DNA from: Paraspadella gotoi
Lineage: Eukaryota > Animalia > Chaetognatha
Direction: 5' to 3'
Length of the DNA: 64,000 nt
Assembly (NCBI GenBank): GCA_051294375.1
Contig: CM119270.1
Coordinates: 5,340,152-5,404,151 of the forward strand
The position numbers and the translations under genes are program-made. Position 1 is the first letter of the stretch. Every line of letters starts with the position of its first letter. Under the pieces are notes generated by a model that worked only from the letters and a program-made list of their open reading frames with translations, searched no databases and had not been told where the DNA came from. Positions 51,900-62,849 of the stretch are shown piece by piece.

Positions 51900-53375
51900 A
51901 TCTTATTTTCGCTCCTCCCCCTTCCGTTCTCCCACCTGTATTGCCTTCTCACTAATCTTGCTCTGTCCCTCTCGCTGTAAACGTCGAAGGTGGCGGCGGG
52001 GCCTTCCCGCCAAGCTTTGGCGGCGCGGGCGGCGGCGCTGACCATGGGCGATCCATGCGGCGGCAGCGGCGGCGGAGGAAAAAAGGCGCGGCGGCCGGTG
52101 AGCGCCTCGTAGCTGTGGCCGCAGCAGCCGGCCGAGTAGCGCCGGTATTGCATCGGCTTCTCTTCGATGGTGACCACCTTTTCCGGCGAGATGGTCACCG
52201 TTTTGGGATTCGAGTGGTCGATCCCTGGTAAACATTGGCCAGTTTAATGTTAAAAATATCTAAATAAAAATAAATATCGAAATATATTAAAAATTAATAA
52301 AATGAATAAATCTAAATGAATATCAAAATAATGTAATCGTCCAGTTTCGTCCGTCACACTTACCCTGTATCATTAGGTTCTCCGGGTTGTGGATGTACTT
52401 GGGCTCCATCGGCTGCAGCTTTCGAATTCGTCCCCACTTGTGGATAAAGTAGAGGATGGATGTCATCCACAGGACGATGACCACGCAGAGGATCGCGATC
52501 TCGGCGGCGCTCAGTGGCCGGGCGTCCGTCTCCAGAGCGAAGCGGTGGGGAGTCGTGCGCTTCGCTGTGGGGGTGTGGGGTGGTGTGGAAGTACCGTTGG
52601 GGGTGCAAGGGTGGGGGAATTGGGTGGTGTTGAGCGGGTGGAAAGGAGGAGGAGTAAAAAAGGTAGGGTGATTATGGGAAATTATTTGGAAAAAAAGAAT
52701 TTAATGGGAGAGAATTAGATCTTTTGATTGGTTGGGCTATTAAAAAATTCATAACTAAAAAAAGATATAGGTAATTATGACACGAACGAGTTGAGAATAA
52801 TTACAAGTTTATTCGCGATTCCACAAGAGTTAGTTCCCGACATATATTCAGTAAAAAGACGACAGAGATATCTCATTCCTCTTCATCTTTCTTCTTTGTC
52901 GATTAGAATTTTAAATTAGGAACTTTGGTTGCAATCAGCCCCCTTGCTTTGCCTGAGTTGATTTTACCATTTTTTTTTATACATGAAAATGATCTTGATC
53001 TTTTCAAGTGGAACCAGCGACCTTTTCGGTGCTAAACTGAGAGAGAGAGAGAGAAAAGAGAGAGAGAGAGAGAGGTCAAAAAAGAGGACTAAGTGCGAGA
53101 GGAGAAAATCAACAAGAAAATTAAGGATGACGACTCATGAGAGGGAGACGTTTTTACTTTTTCTTCGTCTCCGGATTTTCATTTAGGAAAAAGCCGCTTA
53201 GAAAATCCGACTCCTGATTACTTTGTCGTTGGGACACAAAGTTGGCGGGAAATGTTGGCTCCGCCGCCGCGTGGATTCGAACTCGGTACCTTCTTATAAG
53301 AAAACCTTGCCAAGTTAGGAACTTGATTGGATGAATAGAGAAAGAGAGAGAAGAGAGACAGAGAGAGGAAAGAAG

Positions 53376-53434
<59 letters not shown>

Positions 53435-55453
53435 TTATCTGATAATTCTATTGATTTTAAGCTCCTACGGAAATTCATTCAAGCATCCCTCCTTTTTTAA
53501 TTTTTTAATGAATTTTTTTTTCACGCTCCGCTTTCGTTTCATGTAAGAACGAACGGATCTGTTTAATTATCCAACTGTCCGTCAAAATCCGAACCCCCTA
53601 GCGGGAACAGATATTGAAAACGGGCAACAATACTTCACTCTTGCCACGAATGGGCAAAAGAGAGAAACTTCGAAACGGATCTGATTTATCCCACTGATTC
53701 CAGCTCGATTACAATTTACAACTAGTTTCAAACTCTCCAAAGAGATCGTCTCTCCATTGGTTTAATCTCGAAAGACCGACCGACCGACCTTCCGACCCCT
53801 CCCCCCCCCCCAGTTTCCTCTGCCAACCCGTGGATCCGGTGTTGAAGGCAATCTTGGCCGAGGGCGGACTCAGAGGAGAACCGAAGTTGACGAGCGAAGT
53901 GACGAAGACTTCGTAGGTTTGGTTTTCCTCGAGACCGTTGAAGTAGAACTCTCTCTCGATGTTGCTGTGATCGGGAAAGGGGGGGAGGGGGTGGTGGAGA
54001 AGGGGTTGGGGGGGGAAACAAATAAGTAATAATTAACGATTAACCTATTAATGTTTAAGTAGCCACTGGATTGGCTATTTCCGAAGTCTCTACTTAATTT
54101 CTATCGCGTGATATTTATATGATGTACAATGTACATTGTACATTATTCAGTGATTCTGTGAAATGAAACAAGATTATATACCAAATATCTCGTCACATTA
54201 AAAACAATTTCAGGTGAGTTTGATTCGCTTCAAAAAATTCTGCCAAATTTAGAAGGAGGCGGAGCCAGGTGAAAAGAGACGGAAGGAGAAAGAGAAGGAG
54301 AACTTTGGTTGACAGACTTGACAAGTGAGGAAAAAGAAAAGGATCAGGGAAACTCAGTCGTGATGATGACGATGATGACGAGGAGTGATGATAATGATGA
54401 TGATGATTATGATGACAAATGATGGTTGTGTTGATGGTGATGGTCATGATCATGATCACTATGATGGCGATGCTGATGACGAAAGATGATAATGATGATT
54501 ATTGTGATGATGATTTCGATGATGATTATGATGACAAATGATGGTTGTGATGAGGGTGATGGTGATGATCACTATGATGGCGATGATAATTATGTTGTTA
54601 ATGAAGAATCTATGATATATCATTACAATTAGTAAAAAATGTCTCAGGAAATAAAAAGGAATTGAAAAGGAGAATATGAGGTGAGGACTGAAAAGGCTTC
54701 GAATCTGAGGCGAGAAAGAAAGAGTGATGTGGGAGTCAGAATCTGAAAAGGAAAAAAAAGATAAAAAAATAGAGAGGGGAGATCGGGGCCGGGGTGGAAG
54801 GGGAAAAAAAGAAAGAAGAACGAGGAAAAAAGAAAAACTCTGAGATGAGAAAAGAAATTTGTTCCACATCGACTTTAATGAACTCGTGATTAAGAAGAAG
54901 AAAAAAAAAAAGAAAGAGGAAAGTCGGTTGATTGTTTTTCTTCCGAGTTTGAAAGTCAAATCTAGAAAACAATGACGACGACGACTACAAAATCATTTTC
55001 AAGAATCGTCATCGTCAACAACAGCATTTTCGTCATCATCACCATCGTTAATATCTTTGCTCAAACTATCAAAATTAACACCATCGTTGTCTTCGTCATA
55101 ATCATCATCACCATTATTATCATCGGTATCAACAACAAGATTATCGCTATCATAGTATTCATCATAATCAACATCATCGTTATTATCAGCGTTATCAACA
55201 AAATCATCATAATCTTTAATATCACAGTAAATCGATACCGTCACTCGATCTCTCATCATTCATTATCATCATCACATCATCATCATTCATCATATATCAT
55301 CATCATCATCATCATCATCATCATTATTATTATTTGGGTAAAAAAGGAAATTCGATTGGTCGACGCGCGAGTTTAATTAGAGACGATTTTTGGCCGGTCG
55401 GCTTGTCAGTCTGTCTGTTTTAAGCCCGCTCTCTCTTCTCTCTTCTCTCTCTC

Positions 55454-55509
<56 letters not shown>

Positions 55510-58339
55510 ATCTCCACGTTCTTCTTCCTCTGTCATCTTCAATCTCGCGTTTTTTTTAACTTCGCAAGCTCGACTTCGTTTCGACCAGCACGATTATCGT
55601 TTTCGACTATCAAATATGGTTTTTGACTTTTTCATTTTAATTTTTTTGCAACCCCCACAGTGTTTGGATTAATTTCAGATCCACCAAACGATGGCATTCC
55701 TCACTTTCCTCTTAACGGGAACGTCGACTCACGTCATCCTCGTCCACTTCTCCTTCGACTACTCTCGCCGTCTTCAAGACTTCGCCGATAAGATCGCCCG
55801 TGCCAGCCGACTGGGCCGCCCCTTCGAGGCCGCCGAGGCCGCGTTCCAACTCCGACAGTGCCGTGGCGACTTCATGTTCTCCGTCGCCCTCTTCGTCGAG
55901 AGTCGGGCGCCTTTGGAGGCGAAGGCGTTGACGGAGGCTTTGAGCAGAATCGCCGCGGATAATCCGATGCTGCGGATGCGGATCGACGGCGAGGGGGAGA
56001 AAGAATTCGTCAAACCTTTCGACTCCGCCGTGGGTCCACTGTAGACAGTCAACATGCTTAAAGGTGACGTTCATGGCAGTGCCAAGGGGGCGTTAGCGGC
56101 GCCACGCATCGCGGCGTCCCTAACGTAACCCAGCACGGCGTCTTGATCTTTACCTTTCATCACGCGATCGCCGATGGAAAATCCGCGTTGACGATCGGCG
56201 GACAGATGGCGACAGATGGCGGACGAGGTTCGAGGGGGAGATGCTACCTTCCTATCGCGAGTTTCTTGGCAAAGAAATAATAAGAATTTCTCGACCGAAG
56301 AAAATCTTTCTTTACTCGAGATACCAACTGAGAAAGATGAAGATAGATATTAATTCATTTAATTCAATTCAAAACTTAACCGGATGCATGATTGAACCGT
56401 ATTTGAACCTCTTTGAACCTCTTTGAATCCTCTTTGAGCACGAGCAAGAAATAGTAAAACCACAGATGACAAATTCTATTTTCCTGACATTCACAAATCC
56501 ACCTGCCGGTCCGCCGCCTTCTTCGTCGGCAACGTCGCTCTCACTCACTCTCACTGAACATTTTATCCTCTCCCTTCTTGGCAGGCTACACCGGACGATT
56601 TCCTTCTTGGGAGGCGGAGATTTCGGAGGAGGAGGGGGAGAGTCGACGCGGGAGGCGTGGAGACTGGAGAGGGCGTTGAGGAGAGTCGCGGGCGAGAATG
56701 TGGACTCGGTCGAGGAGGAGTTAAGGGGAAGAGAGGCTACATCCATTTTTTTTTACTTAAGAAATATTATTAATGATTTATACTAATATACTTGGATATA
56801 CTTTTCAATGACTATGAGAAACTATGATATCCCTCGTTAAAGTGTTTTTAAATGAATCCAGGGTATGATAGAATTAAACGAAACCTGTACAAGCGAACAG
56901 GAAACTTTCGGATTTGAATTGATCAATTAACTAGGGTAGGAATTGGGGAAAAAAACGTTAAAAAATATAAGTTAAATAAGTAAAAAAAAAAAGAAAAAGA
57001 TGTAACGTTTTAGCGGAAAAAATCGGAAAAAATTCTCGAAGGTCGAATGCAGTTTTAATGTAATTCGGTGGAAAAGAGATGGGGAAAAAAATTTTGAATT
57101 TCGTTGGAAAAAACGAAAGTTTAAAAAAATGAAAGCTGAAAAAAAAAAGAAAAGAAACCGCTTACGTTTTGAAAAATTTAAGTGATTAACTGGTCTGTTC
57201 GTTCGGAAAACTAGAATTTAAAAAAAAAAATTAAAGTTACTACTTAAAATGAGCACGTTTAAAAGGCAACCTTTTAATTTTTTTTTGATATTTCACAAGG
57301 GTTGGAATTTTGAGTTTTCAAGTTCTACATCGTCAATAACTCGGACGAGAGTTAAATCCAACGGGGAAGAGAATATTTATTTTTTATATATTATATAAAT
57401 TATATAAATTATTATTAAATAACCACGAAATAACCTCAAAAAAAAAAGAAGCAAAAACAAAGACCCAATAAAATTCTAAATAAGAGAAACAAAAAGAAAC
57501 AAAAAACCTGTCTAACCAAAATAGAGAAAAGGACACAATCTGTTGAAAAAAAAACAAAAAAAAACAGTGACACAGTATTTTCGAGAGCAGATGGCGACAG
57601 AAGTGGGAATGATGGGCGAGGATAAAGTATTTACGGAATGGAAACCCCGTTTTTTTCTTTTAGTTTTTTTTTTCATTTTTGGTTGAGAGGATTTTATGAG
57701 AAAGAAGGTTTCCATTCTCCTTCGAGCGAAAGTGTTTAGTCTCACTTCCACCGACTTCAAAATGTATGAGGAGAGATGATGGAAGTTATTTGGGTATGTA
57801 ACGGGAGAAAAAAAAAAACCAAAGGAGGCGACATCTGGGGAGCGAGAGTGAAATAAAGAAAAAAGAACTATAGGGAGAATTTTTTTAAATAAATTAACTC
57901 TTTTAATGTTTATAAAAGAGTGGCACTCAACGTAAATCAATTTGACCCAAAATGATCCACCACCACTTGAAAATGAGATTGATGAAATCTCAATCTCATT
58001 TAGCCTTATTCTAAGAATCTGTCTCTTACAGTTATTGCTCATGTAGTACGCAGGGAATCAAACAATTAAAAAACATTCTTAAATTAAGTAAAAAAAAGGA
58101 AACGGAAGAAAAGATGACGCGAACAAAAACTATATGTAAAGAAATAATAAGAAAACATCAGATCTAATAAGTAAAACACCCAGAAAAGAGGAAACTAGGA
58201 ACATTTAGCGGAAAACTTTAAAAAAATAAAAAATAGGCGGAAATAGGAAATCCTTTCATCAAATTTCACGATATATCAATAACGACTTACTTTATCTCCA
58301 TAACGATTCTGTAGGGTTGGGAAATCGGCTGAAGCGTGA
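32437..58339 (-). CDS. FNDC4/5: FNDC4/FNDC5 (irisin precursor)-like FN3 + TM + DUF4808-type protein, 5' part incomplete
   Basis: Phase-consistent exons 58339-58291, 53964-53828, 52564-52364, 52224-51953, 51486-51341, 33166-33011, 32653-32437. FN3 part: RIVMEINNIEREFYFNGLEENQTYEVFVTS..SPPSAKIAFNT. TM region: EIAILCVVIVLWMTSILYFIHKWGRIRKLQPMEP. A candidate error-laden upstream exon lies at ~61304-61121. Confidence 0.75.
33972..34777 (+). repeat. 5' LTR of BEL element
   Basis: Begins tgttacgtaataatgatc and ends cagttcgtttaac(c)a; matches 50330-51125. Possible PBS tggcgatc at ~34794. Confidence 0.92.
35474..42410 (+). pseudogene. BEL/Pao gag-pol (DUF1759 gag, Zn knuckles, protease, RT, RNase H, integrase), heavily frameshifted in this assembly
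   Basis: Motifs across frames: DGEP..FLEF (~37118), CPHCEGRH (~37958), ALxDSG (~38405), WRVGLPWKE (~39047), HVFGAKSSP (~39578), FYVDN (~39695), FDPMGFVAPF (~40044), HIFCDAS (~40265), FWTDS, NPADIASR (~40634), YW..CVYC, VDALGPF, WVALFTCL, SDNATNF, WRLGVIERVH, RxxxKIVRLE. The start position is approximate. Confidence 0.88.
43232..44860 (-). other. GC-rich antisense coding-like region (accessory ORF remnant) inside BEL element
   Basis: Overlapping minus-strand ORFs (43850-44698, 43232-43546) and an open frame ..KYLPRHFRNPFGVRHRRDLPENDFINRAPENHTLEAAIRQGTVWKTR.. that stops at 43263. AATAAA follows on the minus strand at ~43230. Product unknown. Confidence 0.45.
50330..51125 (+). repeat. 3' LTR of BEL element
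   Basis: Matches the 5' LTR. Contains 13-bp ttagcttccggct tandem units (~50840-50900) and is preceded by a hairpin at ~50294-50323. Confidence 0.92.
54360..55335. repeat. Degenerate (GAT)n and (ATC)n trinucleotide low-complexity blocks
   Basis: GAT-rich 54360-54600 and ATC-rich 54970-55335, both intronic. Confidence 0.85.
55691..56426 (+). pseudogene. Condensation-domain / CoA-dependent (alcohol) acyltransferase-like pseudogene, intronless, nested antisense in the FNDC-like intron
   Basis: Motifs GRPFEAAE, ALSRIAADNPMLRMRI, PFDSAVGPL(W->TAG), then a frameshifted LIFTFHHAIADGKS (HHxxxDG at 56158-56178). There is also a 10-bp duplication acagatggcg. Confidence 0.7.
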
Positions 58340-58974
58340 CTGAAAGAAAGAAAGAAACATTAGTTGGTATCATGTATTTTTTCTTTATTGAGAGTCTCGC
58401 TATTGTTGTTAAATTAAATATTAAATATTAAATTAAATAATCTTTAAGCTATCGATGAGAAACAATAACAAATATAGTAAATATTTTTTTTAAAAGGCGT
58501 AGTTACCGCTCAAATTCTTTTTTTTCTTCGTTATTTTCTGTCGTCAAAGGTTAATGAAAACTCAAAAATATTTTTAAGAGAAAAGAAGTATAAACAAGAG
58601 AAAAAATGGAAGGAAGAAGGGAAGAAGGTAAAAATGAAAATGGAAGGAAAAGGGAAAAAATGGAAAAGGGACAACTGGGTATGGGGATTGAGGAAAGTCT
58701 GGGAGGTTGAAAGCGAAAGCGAGAAGAAAATTATTTTTTTGTTTTTGTTTTTTTCCGGAAATAACTTTTTTTTTTGCTCCGAAAATCCCTCCATTTTTCG
58801 CCGCTTAACTTAACTGCAGATTCTCATATTGACATTCCACACGACATTCTCGCGTTTATCCTCGGCTTACGATTTCGATCTCGCGATTCCATTCCTCACT
58901 TTCCGTCGGTTTTTTTTGTTCCGGCAAGATTTTCTCCTCTCTCGCTGAGAAATTGGTGCAACCAATATTAAAAT

Positions 58975-59186
58975 TATTCATTCATTCATTCTTCATTCAT
59001 TCATTCATTCATTCATTCATTTATTAATTCATTCATTCATTCACTCATTCATTCATTCATTCATTCATTCACTCATTCATTCATTTATTCATTCATTCAC
59101 TCATTATTCATTCAACAAGCTATCTTAACTCCTGACCTTGGACAAGATAATGACAAAAGCAAACACTTCCAGCTTTCGCAGTCTTG
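58975..59186 (-). repeat. Inverted, internally deleted copy of the dispersed repeat with long (AATG)n tail
   Basis: The reverse complement reads gaaagct..tgtcattatcttgtccaaggtcaggagttaagatagctt followed by (atga)n. Confidence 0.65.
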
Positions 59187-61490
59187 TTTATTAACTTTCC
59201 ATCAATGTCAATTAATCAATATTTAATAGTTTTTTAATTCTTTCAATTAGAAAAAAAAAAGACGAATCCCCTTCTTCTTTGTTACTGTGACTAAACGGGA
59301 TTTCTTCCGTGTTTCTTACTTTCTACTCACCGCAAAACTATCTCTTTCTTCAATCCTTACTTGGAGTGATTTCACACTCTTCAGTCTTCACTGCTCACCC
59401 CGCTCCCTTCATAATTCACGTTCGCCTTTCACGCACGACTTCACTCATTCCCCAACTCACTCGCTAATATTTCATTCCCACTACGATTTCTCGCTCGCTA
59501 TTTCTTTTCCTCACCATCGGTTATTTCTCCCGCTCTCTCTTTAGAGAAAAAGAGAGAAAGAGAGAATTCGTCTCGTTCTCTCTCTCTCTAGAGAATGAGC
59601 ATCGTGGGCGAATCGAGGACCCGATCAAAGATTCCTTTATATTTCCACTTCTATTCAAAACTGCATAGTCACGGCCCAGAAAAAATTATATCAATATGGG
59701 CAGATTTTCGAAAAGGCTTGGCGTCTGGGAAGCCATAGGAGGTAGAGCGCATCGAAATCTCCCATTTAATCATGCCCAAAATGTATTTAAATATGACTGT
59801 CATTGGTCTTTTTCCCTATTCCAAGAAAACACTCCTGGCTCTTGAGTAAAAAAGACCAAAATCATATCATAGTACAGTTTTTCCGAACGCTTATTTCTTC
59901 TCTAGCATGAATGAAAAAAACCAAAATAAAATTCTTGGCAACTTATATGCTTGATAAAGCAATCAAATGAACTGGTTTTTAGTGAAAACTGCATAGTCAA
60001 GCCTTCATTTTTTCAATTTGAAACAAATTGACAGAAACTTATTGGATATTTACTGATTCAAAATCAAGGTTAGAGCGGCGGGCTTCTAATTCAAAGCGTT
60101 TTCTCAATATATGCAAATTTAAAAAAAAGTCCCAATAAAAACTCATTAAAAACAAAAATCGTCGCACCAGTGATTGCTTGTGAGTCCCAATGCTCTAGAA
60201 ATATAAATTTTTAAAAATTTATAAATTATATTATATTAGAAGAATATTATATATTTTATATAATATAATTATAGTTTTAAAAATAAATTTTTTTTATTCA
60301 ATCTGAGAAAGTAGTACCTATATATTATATATATATGTATAAAAAAAATATATTTTACAATTTAAAATTATTTTACTGAATTTTTTTTAAATCAAGTTAA
60401 TGGATAATTTAAAATTATAAGATTAAAAATAAAAATTTTAATTTTAATAAAAATATATAATTATATTAATATAATAAATTTAAAAAATTTTAATTTTTTA
60501 ATTTTAATAATAATAATATAATAATAATATAATAAATATAATAATAAATTAAAATAAATTTTTTTTTTAATTATTTTTTTTAATTATAATTATTATTTTA
60601 TTATTATTATTATTATTTTATTATTATTATATTATCTGATAATAATATATATTTATTATTAAATAATTTTATTTTATTTATTTAAATTATAAAAAAATAT
60701 GTTTTAATTAATTTTATATATTGAAATAAATTTTAAAAATATTTTATAATTCACATATAATAGAAAAATATTTTTAACTGAACAGGATTTTTTAAATTCA
60801 GGCCCAGGATCTCACTGTGCGCCGGTTCTAAGCTTAGTACTACGCATAGTATATATTCTTTGTGGGATTCAAAAACGAGCCTCGATTTAAAGGAGAAGTT
60901 GAATGGTTTGAAGAATCGATTTTTGCGAATTGCTTTTTGGCGGATTACTTTTTGAACGGATTGTCGGGAATTATATGAAAATTAGCATGTAGATAATAGT
61001 TTCAATTGTCTATCTGAGACGCTACAAAGTTTGATATAAAACAATGAGTTTGTTTTAGAAATTGGCTCCCATCCACTGGTCTCGCTCTTTCTCCATTTCG
61101 CTGATTCCAGATTTTCTCACCCAGCGAAATCACCGCGTTCGCTCATTTTTCAGTCCGACGTATGATCCACCAGAGGTCGTGGGGGGTGGTGGCTTATGTG
61201 GGGGGGGCAAAGGACGGCGCCGAGGGGATGCAGTGGGGGGGGACGTCACGAGGCAGACGGAGAGACGATGTTGCGTCACCGGGAACCTTGCGTGACAATG
61301 GAATCTGACAACGAATGGCATCAAAGCGGCGCCGTTAATTTACGTGCGAGTGGAAAAAGGTCGAGTGATGTGAAGACTGAAGAAGAGATGAGAGAGTAAC
61401 AGGTAAAAGTATGACAATCGATGTGCGAGAAATGAGGGATTCCTAAATTTATCTGTGGATAAGGCGCTAAGTGGGCTGAAGATGACTATC

Positions 61491-61704
61491 CGTAACTTCT
61501 ATAACGCCCTCTAACAGACATGGAATGGGTCCTGGGCTTGGAACCAGGCTTGAGGGCTTTCCACGACCCCAAGGCGGCTTACGGCAGTCCTCACACTTCC
61601 CGCAGGGAAGGTCATGAGCTGATGGCTTTACTCAATGAGCCACCGGGTCACAAGTGAAGGTGTCGTGCTTAGAGGCGGGGTGAACTTTGCTATGCCCGAC
61701 TACA
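61491..61704 (-). mobile_element. Solo LTR (214 bp) with tRNA-like A/B boxes and 4-bp TSD TATC
   Basis: TATC at 61487-90 and 61705-08. Termini cGTA...TACA. Minus-strand A box TGGCTCATTGAGTAAAGC (61642-61625) and B-box/T-arm CCTGGTTCCAAGCCCAGG (~61548-61531). Confidence 0.55.
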
Positions 61705-61980
61705 TATCTATTTAAAAGGCGAAAAATGATTATATTTAAAAAGACGGTATTAGGGCACTACAAGAGGCAGCGAAAATGAGTTAATACTGTAACGGGATTA
61801 GAGAGAAAGACTGTCATAAAACTTTATAACGCAAAAGGTTCTGTTGTGCTGAAGACACCGGCGCGACTTAATAGGCCATCGTGGCGCCGTAAAAAAAAAA
61901 TGGCGTATCGCTCGAAAGCAGCGTCGCGCCATCTACGATTTTAGAAAAGGTCGGGACGGCGAACCGTGGCGCGGGTACAG

Positions 61981-62038
61981 ACGATGACGTGACGCGCTAC
62001 GCGGAGACTGACGATGACGTGACGCGCCACGCGGAGGC
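61981..62038. promoter_or_regulatory. 30-bp direct repeat carrying CRE-like ATGACGTGA motifs, upstream of the FNDC-like gene
   Basis: acgatgacgtgacgcg(c/t)..acgcggag occurs twice in a CpG-rich patch. Confidence 0.3.
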
Positions 62039-62112
62039 GAGATGGCGTTGGCGGCGCGCAAACAAACGCCCGAAAAAAATTGGACGGGTACACAGAGAGA
62101 GAGAGAGAGAGA

Positions 62113-62147
<35 letters not shown>

Positions 62148-62195
62148 GGGAGAGAGAGAAGAGAGAGAGAGAGAGAAGAGAAGTGACCCGATGAG

Positions 62196-62231
<36 letters not shown>

Positions 62232-62537
62232 AATGGAGGTTAAAGGAGGAATTTTGACGCGTTGAATAAATGGACGCGAGTCTCTTGGACGAAGAGGATT
62301 CCAAGCGATTTTATGGGCGGAATTTTATGGAATTTCGAATGAGAATAAAGGAATTTGATGTCCCGACCGATGCACTGGTCGATGGTTGAGAGGATTAAGT
62401 GATCGCGGGGAGGGCCAGGGTGAATGGTTTTGTATTTTAGTATTATCTATATGAAATGAGATAAGATAAAATATTATAATATAATACAATTGAAACAATT
62501 GAAACATTCTTTGAAATATTTTCCACTTCATTGATAG

Positions 62538-62735
62538 CGAAGCCAGGTACTCTGGGAGTGAATAAACGAGACTGTGAGAGAGTCTTGATTGAAAGCTTGC
62601 AGGGTCCTACTATGTCATTATCTTGTAAGAGTGCTGGAGGCCTTAAACCACCAAATCCTGTCCAAAGTCAGGGGCAAGATAGCTTATTTATTAAATGAAT
62701 GGGTAATTTTTATATTGGTTGTACCAATTTCATAA
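62538..62735 (+). repeat. Dispersed repeat family, longest copy
   Basis: Shared with the copies at 3272, 18679, 21403 and (inverted) 59100. Confidence 0.8.
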
Positions 62736-62849
62736 ATATATAATCAATTGAACGAATGGATAATTTTATATTGGTTGCCATATTTCATATATGATAAAAT
62801 ATATTATAATATACGTATATATATNNNNNNNNNNNNNNNNNNNNNNNNN

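Noticed and set aside
51936-51952. Alternative donor AG|GTGGGA for the FNDC-like exon
   Set aside because: Phase 2 leads to a stop within the next exon. The donor after 51953 keeps the frame through all downstream exons.
54193-55376. Ile/His/Asp-rich ORFs and a possible GAT/ATC fold-back
   Set aside because: Degenerate trinucleotide low complexity; the complementarity is compositional only.
56042-56044. Programmed TAG readthrough in the condensation-like ORF
   Set aside because: An additional frameshift, a deletion and truncation point to decay or error rather than recoding.
60200-60780. Extremely AT-rich tract
   Set aside because: Low-complexity DNA with no periodicity or termini I could define.
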